Origin: Nitrosopumilus sp.
GTDB lineage: Archaea; Thermoproteota; Nitrososphaeria; Nitrososphaerales; Nitrosopumilaceae
Length of the DNA: 64,000 nt
Reading direction: 5' to 3'
Assembly: GCA_965214775.1 (NCBI GenBank)
Contig: OZ243974.1
Location: forward strand, 1,376,001-1,440,000
The notes beneath the pieces are model-generated. The model was not told the origin of the DNA, made no database searches, and saw only the letters and a program-made list of their open reading frames with translations. Below, in pieces: positions 52,558-63,243 of this stretch; within the stretch, counting starts at the first letter, position 1; every line of letters begins with the position of its first letter. The translations under genes were made by a program, and so were the position numbers.

Positions 52558-52904
52558 CATTAGGATGCGACTTTGAGTAGGACTAAACCACGAATAAGTT
52601 TCTTAGATACATCATCTAAGTGAAAGTATCCCAGCTAGGCAGAAAATCAAGTATTTCAGACCATCTTGACAACATTGGTAGATGCAAACAGAACAATTGC
52701 GATGCGGCCCATGAGTCATTCATAAACAACGAATCCTATGCTAGATTCAGACTGGCCGGTTAGCAAAGAAGAGCTGTCAAAACCATTTGGTTTGGGTCCA
52801 AAATAGGCGGTGAATGCTAGATTAGTCCCATCAGACCCGCCTCGTTTTTGGCATTTATTTAGGACACTACAACACCTAGTATGACGGGGGTTGTCGCCTA
52901 ATTC

Positions 52905-55041
52905 GTACAACTTCAGGTCCTTTTTATACTGACTAGGGAACTTTTTGCCCGGAACTTTTTGATCCTTCCGCATCTGCTGTGACAGACCCGCTACATCATC
53001 ACCACACGTCCCTTGTATATGCAAGACCGGCAGCGCGCAGACAACAGATTATTGGCAGACAACAGATTATTGGCAGACGGCACCTGCAGGAAACCAGCAT
53101 TGTCAGATTTGTCAGGCGTTGTTGACTGGCAGACTTGCCTACACGGTCAGATCTTTGGATATGAAGCTACGGGTTACGCCGTCCCGTAGGCGCCAGACGG
53201 ATCATGTTGTTACTATCGGAGCTGCTACTACTGGTACGACGGCCGTCCGGTCCCGGCGTACCGCTCCTCCTCTGCTGCCTGCGTCATCATCGACTACAGG
53301 CCGCCACACCGGCGGCGGCCCGGGACACTCAAAGACGCTGTATCTTGTACCGTCCGTATTGACAAGCGAGGACAGCAGGCGCGCATTATCATCATCTCCT
53401 GCTTCTGCAAAGATATCCCAGCCCGGATTCCGCAGGTATTTCAAGAGTCCGCCGGCAGGATGTATGTTTTGCTTGCGACATGTCATCGAGAACGTCAGTA
53501 GCGCAGAAGCCGTCTTTCTTCCACCGTCAGTTACGATCTTGTGGCGCGCATTGCGTTGTGGTATGATCCCGTCGCGTATGCACCGCTCCGTATCGTTGTT
53601 GTGCGGCGGCATTCCCCGACGCGCTAGACACGTAAACATGTTGGGTATGGCGTTTTGCATGTGTGTGCGCACGTGATCATCCTCATACGGGCTGATTATT
53701 TTGTATGCCTCCCTTGAAAGCTCCATGTATGTAAGCGGCGCAAGCGTCTTGATCTTTTTTACCTTCCTGTAAAATTCCAGCAGCAAGTCGTACCTTTTCT
53801 CGTTATCGCCTTCGGGCATCTTTACTGCAAGCTTTTCTGCATATGCCAGAAGGTGCCTCCAGCACCTCTGGATTATCTCAAAGAACATCTTGTACTGGGC
53901 CAGCCCGTCTACAACTATGGGAGTCCTGGGATCCAGCCATCCAAAATGCGTGTGCAGGACATCCGAGGACCGGGAATCTGCAAAGACCACAAAGCACGCC
54001 CCCTCACAGTTGAGCACCCAGACGTATCCCATGTGTCCGTCGCCGCGCTTAAAGCCGGCCTCGTCCATCTGTATCCACGGCCTGCCCGCAATGAATGTCT
54101 GTATGCGTTGTATCATGTTTTGTTGAATCGCCTCTGCCACTGCGTGCCGGGCGGCAGTCACGGTATTTGGGGCCATCTTGAATCCAAACATATACTGAAA
54201 GTACTCTGCAATGTCCTCGTCTGTGTTTCCCTTCTCAAAGAACATCATGATTAGAGAGAGTGAGACGGGCCCAAGTGACGTGCCGCTTAGAAACGGGGTA
54301 GCTGCGATATGCACGGTATTGCACTGTGGACACACCGCGTTTTGGATGATGGCATTGGCAGTGAGCATGCGCATGGAGTCATCCAGGTCGTTTACAAGCT
54401 TGTGGATCGGCTTGAGCATCCGTAGCTGGATGCCGCAATACACGCACACCTTGGAGCCAAACTCGTATCTTAATGTCATTGATGGCCGGTTGCCGTGCGA
54501 TGTACCATGGTGTCCGCACAGAGGGCCGCGTTTCTTGCCCCGAGCAGCATCACCGGGACTGCCTCCGGGATCCTCGCCCCTTTTCTCCATGAACTTTCTT
54601 CTGGCATCATTGTATAATGACGGTGTGGACGTGGGCATGTTGGACTCTCATACAGGACAAGCTTTGCCTGAATCTTGGAGATCTCCTTTTTCAGCATGGA
54701 GATCTCCCTGTCCTTCTCCTTTTTCAGCATGGAGATCTCCTTTTTCAGCATGGAGATCTCCCCATCTCTCTCTTTAATCATGACAAGGGCTTTTGCAAGA
54801 TCCATATTGTGTACAGACATGGTTTTGGAGTCCATGTGTTACATCAAACAGGCAAGATCAAAAAAAATTTCCATCGAAATTCTTTGACCAGATGCCGATA
54901 ATGGATCACCCCAGCAAATTCCAATCCTGCAATGACTGGTCACAAATGTCTGATGCTCAGCCATGTCTGCAAGGGCATCTGATCATAAGATGCACCCCAG
55001 AAAAGTTTCCTAGTCAGTATAAAAAGGACCTGATGTTGTAC
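52905..55041 (-). mobile_element. IS66-family element
   Basis: ~41-bp TIR GTACAAC(T/A)TCAGGTCCTTTTTATACTGACTAGG; no clean TSD. Confidence 0.85.
53202..54835 (-). pseudogene. IS66 transposase, frameshifted near 54640
   Basis: Coiled-coil ORF 54476-54835 plus ORF 53202-54638 (MDEAG, VDG, QRCWRHL, NNDTERCIR); one extra base would give YESPNMPTSTPS. Confidence 0.8.
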
Positions 55042-55060
55042 GTTATTTCTATCACAGAAC

Positions 55061-55092
55061 ATGTCTTAAATATAGGACATATGTCTTAAATA
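55061..55092 (+). promoter_or_regulatory. Putative autoregulatory operator of the MNT-HEPN pair
   Basis: ATGTCTTAAATA direct repeat (55061, 55081) plus imperfect palindrome ATGTCT...GGACAT overlapping a TATA-like box. Confidence 0.5.
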
Positions 55093-55102
55093 GAATACAA
55101 TA

Positions 55103-55711
55103 ATGCAATTTCACGACTATCTTGAACATGTTCTGGGCAGTAAGGCATCCATACGTGTACTTAGAACAATGGTCAGGTATCAAGCAAAGATCTTTACCAA
55201 AAGAGGTCTTGCCAAAACAGCAAATGTTTCTGTCAATGAGGCAGCCCTTACAATTCGTGATCTTGAAGATCTTGGCATCATCCTAGTTCAGCCTGTTGGC
55301 AGGTCGCACCAACTATCCTTGAACAAGAAAAACTACATTCTCAACAAGATAATTGAACCTGTCTTCAAGACCGAGGAAAACACTTTAGAAGAGCTGCTTA
55401 AAATTCTAAAAAAAAATCTTGATAAAAGAAGAGTCGTTATCTCTGCTGCGCTGTTTGGAAGCGTTGCAAAGGGCAAAGAGAAACCAGATAGTGATGTTGA
55501 CATACTTGTTATATCAAATGATTTTGATGCCGCAAGCCAAACAGTTTCAGACGCACTAGTACAAGTAGCAGAGGCGTTTCATGCTCAGCTTGCGCCAATA
55601 ATACTCTCGCAAAAAGAGCTTGAATCCAAAAAGAAAGATGACTTGATCCGTTCGATCATTACAAATCACATCCTGGTTTGTGGTAAGGACTTGGAGAGCA
55701 TGATACAATGA
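55103..55711 (+). CDS. HTH plus minimal nucleotidyltransferase (MNT antitoxin)
   Basis: N-terminal wHTH; FGSVAKG...DSDVD. Confidence 0.88.
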   Translation: MQFHDYLEHVLGSKASIRVLRTMVRYQAKIFTKRGLAKTANVSVNEAALTIRDLEDLGIILVQPVGRSHQLSLNKKNYILNKIIEPVFKTEENTLEELLKILKKNLDKRRVVISAALFGSVAKGKEKPDSDVDILVISNDFDAASQTVSDALVQVAEAFHAQLAPIILSQKELESKKKDDLIRSIITNHILVCGKDLESMIQ

Positions 55712-56097
55712 CTAGAGACGTAGATTTTCAAAAATATGCAAATTACATCACAAAAGCGGAAAACTCGATGCAATTGGCAAAAATTGCACTAGAACGACAA
55801 GCATATGACAGCACTGTGATGAACTGTGTACACAGTGCAATCAATGCGTTAGATGCGCTTACAACCTTTTATCTGAACAAACGCGCCTCGGGATCACACA
55901 CTGGTGTATTGTTGCTGGTAAAAGGCATCCTTTCTGGTCCGGAATTCAAAGACATAGAAAGACAGTTTGGTTCTCTACTTAGTCTGAAAAACGCATCAGA
56001 GTATCAGCCAGATTTGATGAGTCGGAGCCAAGCAGAAAATACCATAAAGTGGGCAGAAAGAATTCTTTACAAAGTAAAAACAAATCTGAAACGCTAA
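55708..56097 (+). CDS. HEPN-domain protein (MNT-HEPN toxin-antitoxin)
   Basis: KAE...AY...HSAINALDA...H...KNASEY; 4-bp overlap with the MNT gene. Confidence 0.85.
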   Translation: MTRDVDFQKYANYITKAENSMQLAKIALERQAYDSTVMNCVHSAINALDALTTFYLNKRASGSHTGVLLLVKGILSGPEFKDIERQFGSLLSLKNASEYQPDLMSRSQAENTIKWAERILYKVKTNLKR

Positions 56098-56638
56098 CGT
56101 AGTATCTAGCTTATAGTGAAGAGCACAAGTCCAAACAGTAACGCCTGACAGTGCATGTCTTTGGTGTACCGGAACGCTTGACGGCAAGAAGATCCTGCAA
56201 GAGTCTCTTTCTGAGAAGGAAAAACAAGAACTGGTAAGAGAAGGATATCATGATAAAATAGAGGTACAGCCAAACATAATATCAATGACAACAATGTCTG
56301 CCAGTTTGGCTGTAAACAAGCTCCTGTGCATTCTGGGAACGTTCGGAGACACATACGATTCACGGTAACAGGTCGGGCTCTGGAAGCTGTTCCTGATTCC
56401 AGGCACGAATATGTCTGATCGGGCTCTGGAAGCTGGATTTTAGCACAATCTGCCATGTTTTTTGGGAATCAGGACTGCAGCTGCGCGCCGGATCGGAACG
56501 AATCCTCGTATCGCACACCGCTTGCTGCCATCATCATCATCATGTCACTTCCATGGTAGCAGCAGTCCTGCGTATCCGAATTGATTTCATGGTGCGCCTG
56601 CAGGAGTGCCTGCCATGCTTTTGCTGGTTATGCTGCTA

Positions 56639-56723
56639 CTATAGCAACGGGCAGAAGTCTTTGAGTCAAAGTAGGTCATAACTACACGTAAAAAACCTCA
56701 ATTATTTCTGCTCGTTGCTATAG
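56639..56723. mobile_element. 85-bp MITE, TIR CTATAGCAACGRGCAGAA
   Basis: Inverted copy of 22271-22353. Confidence 0.8.
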
Positions 56724-56901
56724 GAACGTAAACAGGTCGTTGATCTCCCTTTTGAGGCGCTTTGCGTACCGGATGCAGTCCCTGTCCGTGTACGCGGCAG
56801 ACACAAGCCTGTGTATGCGGTGCTTGAGGCACTCCACCTCCTCGGGCGTGGCCCTGCCCATCTCTATTGCGTCCTTTAGGATGTCGCGGAGCCTGCAAAA
56901 C
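56724..56901 (-). pseudogene. IS66 transposase fragment
   Basis: Translates ...DCIRYAKRLKREINDLFTF. Confidence 0.6.
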
Positions 56902-57363
56902 GTAACAGCTCGGGCTCTGGAAGTTCAGGCGTGAATTTTGCCATCCCGGGGAGGCCTCCCACGTAGATTCGTGCCTAAAATCAGGAGCATCTTCCAGAGC
57001 CCGACCTGTTACCTCCATCTTGGACTTTATGTATTCAAACAGGCGGATCACGTCGGGATTGCTTCAATCCACGTCCGTAATGCTAGGATCCCCGATCAAT
57101 ACAGGAAAGACAGATCCAACGATCTTTATGTGTTATGATTCTTCCAAATTCAACCTGCTGGTTGGAGGTGCTGCCCTAGTGACCTCCGGGGTTGCAAGAT
57201 TCACGCCTGAGCTTCCAGAGCCCGACCTGTTACAAAAATTTCTAGACATTGAAAATGCATTTTCTGATGTGGATTTCCAGCAAGTTCTGCTACATAGAAA
57301 CGAAGTTCAACCAGATCATCTAATGGGAACAAAATCAATTTTTCAGACTTTGTTGAACGAAAA

Positions 57364-57732
57364 ATGAGTTGGCACATGAGACAAAGCAGTCATAATTTTG
57401 ATACTAAAAAATATCTCGCACAAGCAAACCCCCTGCACAAAGATTGGGAAGTAACCACATTATTCTATTCAGCAGTGCACGTTGTAGATAGTTATTTAGT
57501 CTTGGTAAAAAACACAAAACCACGAACGCATACTCAAAGAAAGAAGTTGGTCAAGCAAGAATTATCCCCAATTTTTGATGATTATGATTCACTTGAATTA
57601 CTTGGTAGAAAATCCAGATACGATTCGTCCCCCCAAGGATTAACTCTGGATGAGGAAAGAGCTGCACTTCAATGGCATAGATCGGTTGATGATTATGTTA
57701 GATCACAACTAAAGTTGTCTGGATTTGTTTAG
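57364..57732 (+). CDS. HEPN-like protein; upstream partner gene broken by a MITE
   Basis: DWxVTxxFYSAVH...H..R...RKSRY. Confidence 0.75.
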   Translation: MSWHMRQSSHNFDTKKYLAQANPLHKDWEVTTLFYSAVHVVDSYLVLVKNTKPRTHTQRKKLVKQELSPIFDDYDSLELLGRKSRYDSSPQGLTLDEERAALQWHRSVDDYVRSQLKLSGFV

Positions 57733-57943
57733 TGAGACTGAAAGAAAATATCTATCGGGAGAAATTACATTAGACTTTATGCGTAATTGACCCTTCGCAA
57801 GAGTTTACCCCTCAGGCGGCATTGCTGGCAGGAGTCTTCATGGTCACGCCTGCCACGCCGTATCTCAGGTGAGGGGTAAATTCGTACGACCCTTTTGATC
57901 TAAAGATATTACACAGCAGATCATGGTTTGCGCACCTGCAACC

Positions 57944-58074
57944 GGGGTTGTTGCCTAATTCCGTTTATTTGACTCGATCAGTATGTTTTTCTGAATTTCC
58001 GCCCTTTTTGCACCCCCAGTCCGTATAACATCATATGGCTTTCAGAAATTTCGATGAATTCGGCAAATACAACC
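57944..58074. mobile_element. MITE of the GGGGTTG family (uninterrupted copy)
   Basis: ggggttgttgcctaattc...gaattcggcaaatacaacc; internal ctgaatttccgcc shared with copies at 22249 and 27994. Confidence 0.7.
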
Positions 58075-58153
58075 ACGCTACTACGAGCATGTCTTATTTC
58101 AGCCCTCCATGAAAGGACGAAAGGATGAAAAGATGAGAAAGAGGATGATGACA

Positions 58154-58228
58154 TGGGCCCACAGGGATTTGAACCCTGGATCTTCGCCGTGTAAGGGCGA
58201 CGTCATAACCGACCTGGACTATGGGCCC
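58154..58228 (-). tRNA. tRNA-Val(TAC)
   Basis: GGGCCCA/TGGGCCC acceptor stem, TCGCC-CTTACAC-GGCGA anticodon arm, GGTTCAAATCC. Confidence 0.95.
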
Positions 58229-58306
58229 AGAAACCCTCGTTGCTGAAAACCATTTAAACTTTGAGACAATGAGAATCTAAAAATTTGATTAGACACTTGC
58301 AAAAAC

Positions 58307-59329
58307 ATGGCCGGGTTTGAATTTTTTTGCAGTCCAATTGGATTGGGTCATGCAACAAGAGACATTGCAATAACTGACAATTTACAAAATCTCTCGGCAA
58401 ACTTCGTAACAGGCAGCGTAGCTGCAAAAATTCTCAAAAAAACCGGCTTACCAGTGGATGACGTTTACAATCCGCCATCATTTGTCGTAGAAAACGGTTC
58501 ACTGAAAAGTCCTGCTAGGTGGATATGGAACTATTACAAATATTACAAAGACTGCAAGAATATTTCTGAGGCAATTCTGGAAAAATCAAACTCAAATCTT
58601 ATAGTCAGCGATGAGGATTTTGCGTCATTGACTGTTGCACAAGAAAAAAAAGTTCGTACGGTCCTAATCACCGACATTTTAGAGACCCGTTTTACCAAGG
58701 GACTGTTTGCATCACTTGTTGAAAAAAGGATGAACAAATCCATGAATGAGATCATCAAAAAATGCGACGTTGTAATTTTGCCTGAAACCGGAGATGATTA
58801 CGAAAACGTCAAAAGAGTCGGGCCAATCGTTAGGGAAACAAAACATACAAGAGGGGAATTACGTGCAAAATTTGGATTTGAGAAAAAGACCGTTGTCATT
58901 TCAATTGGCGGAACCGATGCGGGATTATTTCTAATCCAAAAGGCGATAGACGCAATATCGAAAACCAGCCAGGATTTGGATACCGTCCTTGTTTCAGGCC
59001 CTTCTGTCAGTAAAAAATTTGGAAATGTCAGGAATTTTGGATTTGTAGAAAACCTGCACGAACTGATTTTTGCCGCAGACTTGATAATTTCGCTTGCAGG
59101 AAAATCGACGATCGATGAGGCCAAAGCGTATGGCACACCGGGTATATTCATTCCAATCAAGGGACATTTTGAGCAGGAAGACAATGCCAGAGACGAGGGA
59201 TATGAATTTCAGGATATTTTCAGACTGGGGAAAATAATCCCGTCAAAGCTAGAGGAAAAAAGGAATACGGTCAGTGCCGGCAGGGGAGCAAAAAAGGCCG
59301 CAGAAATTATTCGGGAAATCATCAAATAA
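58307..59329 (+). CDS. Glycosyltransferase, GT28/MurG-like
   Basis: GLGHATR, SIGG, AGKST, HFEQEDNA. Confidence 0.85.
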   Translation: MAGFEFFCSPIGLGHATRDIAITDNLQNLSANFVTGSVAAKILKKTGLPVDDVYNPPSFVVENGSLKSPARWIWNYYKYYKDCKNISEAILEKSNSNLIVSDEDFASLTVAQEKKVRTVLITDILETRFTKGLFASLVEKRMNKSMNEIIKKCDVVILPETGDDYENVKRVGPIVRETKHTRGELRAKFGFEKKTVVISIGGTDAGLFLIQKAIDAISKTSQDLDTVLVSGPSVSKKFGNVRNFGFVENLHELIFAADLIISLAGKSTIDEAKAYGTPGIFIPIKGHFEQEDNARDEGYEFQDIFRLGKIIPSKLEEKRNTVSAGRGAKKAAEIIREIIK

Positions 59330-59489
59330 TCAGCCAAGCGAAAAACAAGTGAGACTTGCTGTTTTGCCCTGGTATTGAGGCGCCGTGCCTCCTGCCCAGT
59401 TTCTGTTTTTGCTCGATTTCAGGCTGCTTTTCGCTTGGCTGATAATGTTCAAAGCTTAATAGATGGCCATCCATCTTTGAAAAAGTGCC

Positions 59490-60905
59490 ATGACTAGTCT
59501 TGTAGTTGCAAAATTTGGAGGAAGTGCAATCGGCCCAGATGGGGCATCCATACCTCAAATCATTCAAAGGATTGCCCAGATGGGGAAGAATTCCAAGGTA
59601 CTTGCCGTCTTTTCAGCTCCATTGACTGTGGTTGATGGAACGAAGCACTCGCTGACTGACGTCATACTTGAGCAAGGAAGAAATTTAGAAAACGGGATTC
59701 TGCCAACCCTAGACGATGTCAGAACGGCTTATGACAAAATTTTAGAACTAGTCAGTGACGAAAACAAGGAGAACTGTAAAAATTCAATCGACTCGAACCT
59801 GAAAAAAGCCCAAAAGGCCCTTGATGAGGCATACTCGAGAAAAGAATTTGCCGATGAGGTAAGGTCTAGGGCACTGGCATTCTCCGGCGAGATCCTGATG
59901 TCCCATGTAATGAACTATATTTTGCGCAGCAATGGAATCCGGTCTGATTCCGTAGAATATGAAGACTGGCCCATAATCACTGACAACAACATAGAATCCA
60001 CAAATTTTCTTACCTCCGAATCCAGGGAAAAAATGGAAAAAACTGCACAACTAGTAGAAGAAAACGAGGTTGTGACAATTGGCGGATTTATTGGAAAAAC
60101 ACCAGATAACGTGACTACCACCTATGAGCGAGGCGGTTCTGACAGGACAGCAGCAGACCTTGGGATACTGTTTCATAAAAGATACGATACAAGCATAGAT
60201 TTTGAAAAAGACAGTGCAGTAGTCTCAGCAGATCCCAAGATTGTCAAGGAGGGATTGGGAGAGGTACGTCAGCTGTCATACAATGAGGCAAGACTTGCAG
60301 GAATGTTCGGGATGAAAATCTTGGATCCCATTGCAATCAAGGAAATTCTGGAAAACGGGGTCGACATGCCAATCACTGTTACAAACATGAAAAATCCAGC
60401 AAAGACTACCATGATTAAAAGAGTCCTGGAAGAACAAAAAGGACACCCGATCAAAATAGTGACTGGAAAAGAGAACTGCGCAATTCTGAGAATTGAGACG
60501 GTTCTGGTACAGAAATTACTGACATCACTTGAAAAAGACAAGAGATACAGCGAGTTTGTCATACTGTCGCCATTTGCCAAGGACGGAATAGAATTTTCAA
60601 GGATATTGTTCCTTGACGGGGACTATGTAAAAAGAAATGAAAAGTATTTCCTGGGATTTGATGCACTTGCCACCATTACTTACAACAGGGGGGTGATTAC
60701 CCTGATTGGTGATGAAATGTGGAGGGTACAGCAGGTTGCTTCAAGAACAAGTGCCAAGATTGGCGAATCCGGATTGAACATTCTAAACATGGATGCCCAG
60801 GAGGAAACTTCGCGAATAATTATTGTTGTGGAGGATGCCGGGGACAACATTAGAAAGGCAATAGTTGCCATACATCAGGAGATATCTGAAATTAATTTTA
60901 TTTAG
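59490..60905 (+). CDS. lysC: Aspartate kinase
   Basis: VAKFGGS, GGFIG, RGGSDRTA, SADP, C-terminal ACT domain. Confidence 0.92.
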   Translation: MTSLVVAKFGGSAIGPDGASIPQIIQRIAQMGKNSKVLAVFSAPLTVVDGTKHSLTDVILEQGRNLENGILPTLDDVRTAYDKILELVSDENKENCKNSIDSNLKKAQKALDEAYSRKEFADEVRSRALAFSGEILMSHVMNYILRSNGIRSDSVEYEDWPIITDNNIESTNFLTSESREKMEKTAQLVEENEVVTIGGFIGKTPDNVTTTYERGGSDRTAADLGILFHKRYDTSIDFEKDSAVVSADPKIVKEGLGEVRQLSYNEARLAGMFGMKILDPIAIKEILENGVDMPITVTNMKNPAKTTMIKRVLEEQKGHPIKIVTGKENCAILRIETVLVQKLLTSLEKDKRYSEFVILSPFAKDGIEFSRILFLDGDYVKRNEKYFLGFDALATITYNRGVITLIGDEMWRVQQVASRTSAKIGESGLNILNMDAQEETSRIIIVVEDAGDNIRKAIVAIHQEISEINFI

Positions 60906-61456
60906 TGTAAGAGTGGCGTTACGGGCTTCTTAACACCAGTAGCGCCATCGTGGGTTTGTTCTTGGACCGTTATCTAGATTTAGTCCGGCGTTACCCAAAA
61001 CACGCGATAATATGATTAACACTTTCTACTATTTAGGGCTGATCTATATAGATCAGGGCCGGATGCGGGTTCACATCCTTTGCCGAACCGCAGAAATGAT
61101 GGCAGAAAGCGATTGGAACGCTTACAATATTCCTTCCCTTCTTTTTTATACATAAAATACGATTATACCAAGTTCGGTCTTTCCAGTACTCTGCTCACGG
61201 CAACAGCGCGGGCTGTTCTGAATGCTCCAGACGGATTCGTTTCGGATTTGAGAGCTGTTTTCTGGGTTACTTCTGAACACGGGTTAAAAACGCCCGGGCC
61301 CGTAGCGGTGGTGGTGTGGATCAACCGCTGTCTTCCCATGCGCCCCGCGCGCCGACTTCTGAATGCGGTAATTCCGAGCTGCAGTGTTCGCGCGCCACGG
61401 CGTGTCGATGGACGTGTGCAGCCTCTGATCCACCAAAAAGAGGAAAACGAGAAAAG

Positions 61457-61700
61457 ATGCAATACAGCATAGGAACAGGCATCGGAAAGAGAAAATGCGT
61501 AGCGTGCATTATGGACGGCAAAAAGAGGATCCTGGAAGAGACGTCATACGAGAACGCATCGGGGAGGCATGCATGTTTGCCAGGAAGGCAAAGCTCAGCT
61601 ACGGCGGAAAGAGCCACCAGGCCGTCTGCGAGTCCACGGGCAGCACGTGGCCCAAGACCTACGAGGCATCCGGGTCCGCAGGAATATACTGGCGAGCAAA
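61457..61700 (+). pseudogene. IS110-family transposase 5' remnant
   Basis: MQYSIGTGIGKRKCVACIMD...EN, then AVCESTG in another frame (decayed DEDD N-terminus). Confidence 0.7.
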
Positions 61701-61739
61701 AGTTCTTGCTGAGTCAAATTTGTCAGAACAAAACAGATT

Positions 61740-62810
61740 TTGATCACGGTGCGCCACACAGCACATGGCAGACGCAGGACCAGAAGATCCGAGGCAGGCA
61801 TGCAGGAAGGAAAAGGATCCAAGGGCGAAGATCAGGATGGCTGCAGTCAACATGGCGTGCATCAACGGCCAGAGCCTGCAGCTCACTGCAGACTCGCTCA
61901 TGTAGTGCCCGAGGTGGGTCTCCTTCTGGATCAACTGCTTCAGGGAGGGCGGCATAGGCGCCCTCCGCGATCTTCCACGCACAGGCAGGCCCCCCAAGAG
62001 AGATGATCCGAAATTAGAAACCGTACGAATTTTTCAAGTAATTTCACAGATAACTTGTATTTTGTAGGTGTTTTGAGCCGTTTTATGCAAATTCGTTCAC
62101 AAATAATCAGAGTTTGCTAATTTCGAATCAACTCTCTGGGGATACGGCCGATTTCGTGCGCAAGATCATCGATTCTGCACGCCGCACAGGCGCCGATCTC
62201 GGAGTCGTTATGCTGGATCGCGAGTTCTTCTCGGCAGCAGTCATCTCCGGGCTGGATGCGGCAGGAGTGAGATACGTTATACCGTGCAAGAACACGGACA
62301 CCGTCGTTGCCACCATCAACGAGCACGATGACGGAAAGGGAAAAAGAAAGGAGGTTGAGTCGGTCATATCCGGAGCTGCCCTGTCCGCACAATACACGAT
62401 GGTCATCACAAAGAGAAGGAAGAAGGGGTCAGGCAGGACCAAAGCAGAGAATCTGCCGGCGCACGAGCGGCTCATCGGATTTGCAACCAACGTGCCCGGA
62501 ATAGATCCTGACGAGTACAGCCGCAGGTGGGAGATCGAGACAGGATACCGGATGATAGAGAACGCAAGGGTCAGGACACACAGCAAGAGCCCGGCCGCAA
62601 GGATGCCGTGCCTTGCGTACTCGGCCGCGGTCTTCAACGCGTGGGTCATGGCAAACGCGATGATGAGGGACATGACGGGGATCGTTACCGAGGATCCGCT
62701 GATCACCCAGCAGTGCCTCAATGACGTGATCAAGCGCCGTATCTCCGACCATAGGATGATGCCAGAACCCCCTCCGCCCGTGCCTCCCTGAGTTACTTCT
62801 GGGAAGACTG
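61740..62810 (+). pseudogene. ISH3-like (IS4 group) transposase remnant interrupted by a MITE
   Basis: MLDREFF...YSRRWEIETGYR...FNAW; right TIR TTCTGGGAAGACTG at 62797-62810. Confidence 0.8.
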
Positions 62811-62958
62811 GTATTCGTGCTGTCTCTGTATGCTGGATGCCGACAGGATCGGGGTTGGGCGGCGACGGCATGATCCCGGCTAGACGGATTTGCGGAGTAC
62901 ATTTTCAACTACTGATGATGTGGATCTTTTATAAGCGTGCCAACTATAACTCAATCAT

Positions 62959-63243
62959 ATGGTTTTTAAAAAAAATTCTGGCACGCCAATCATGCTTGCA
63001 GCCTTTGTTGCGGCACTGGTCTGCATGGCTAACTTGTCATACTCGGAATCTCCCAAAAGCCCAGCCCAGCAGATAAGAGACGGAGTTGAGACACATGACA
63101 TTCAGTGTAGGGGTGACCGCGTGCTTGTACTTCGCACCAGCGGCGAGCCTGCGTGTGTGACCGAACAAACTGCAGAAAAGACAGGCTGGAGCATTATTCA
63201 AAATGAAAGGAGTCCAGACAGAGCTGTTTCATATGAAAATTAG
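62959..63243 (+). CDS. N-terminal fragment of a secreted thaumarchaeal protein, truncated by IS481
   Basis: Signal peptide; SP..QI..GV....IQC......V....GEPACV...TAEK.GW motif; IS end at 63225. Confidence 0.6.
   Translation: MVFKKNSGTPIMLAAFVAALVCMANLSYSESPKSPAQQIRDGVETHDIQCRGDRVLVLRTSGEPACVTEQTAEKTGWSIIQNERSPDRAVSYEN

Larger units (their letters stand above)
24440..52842. mobile_element. Integrated mobile element (~28.4 kb) at tRNA-Lys
   Basis: 17-bp direct repeat TCCCATCAGACCCGCCT at 24440-24456 (tRNA 3' end) and 52826-52842; integrase adjacent to attL. Confidence 0.88.

Noticed and set aside
53038-53078. 18-bp tandem repeat CAGACAACAGATTATTGG
   Set aside because: Simple slippage inside the IS66 non-coding end, with no spacer.
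54630-54655. Programmed frameshift in the IS66 transposase
   Set aside because: No slippery homopolymer at the junction; a 1-bp deletion or sequencing error explains it.
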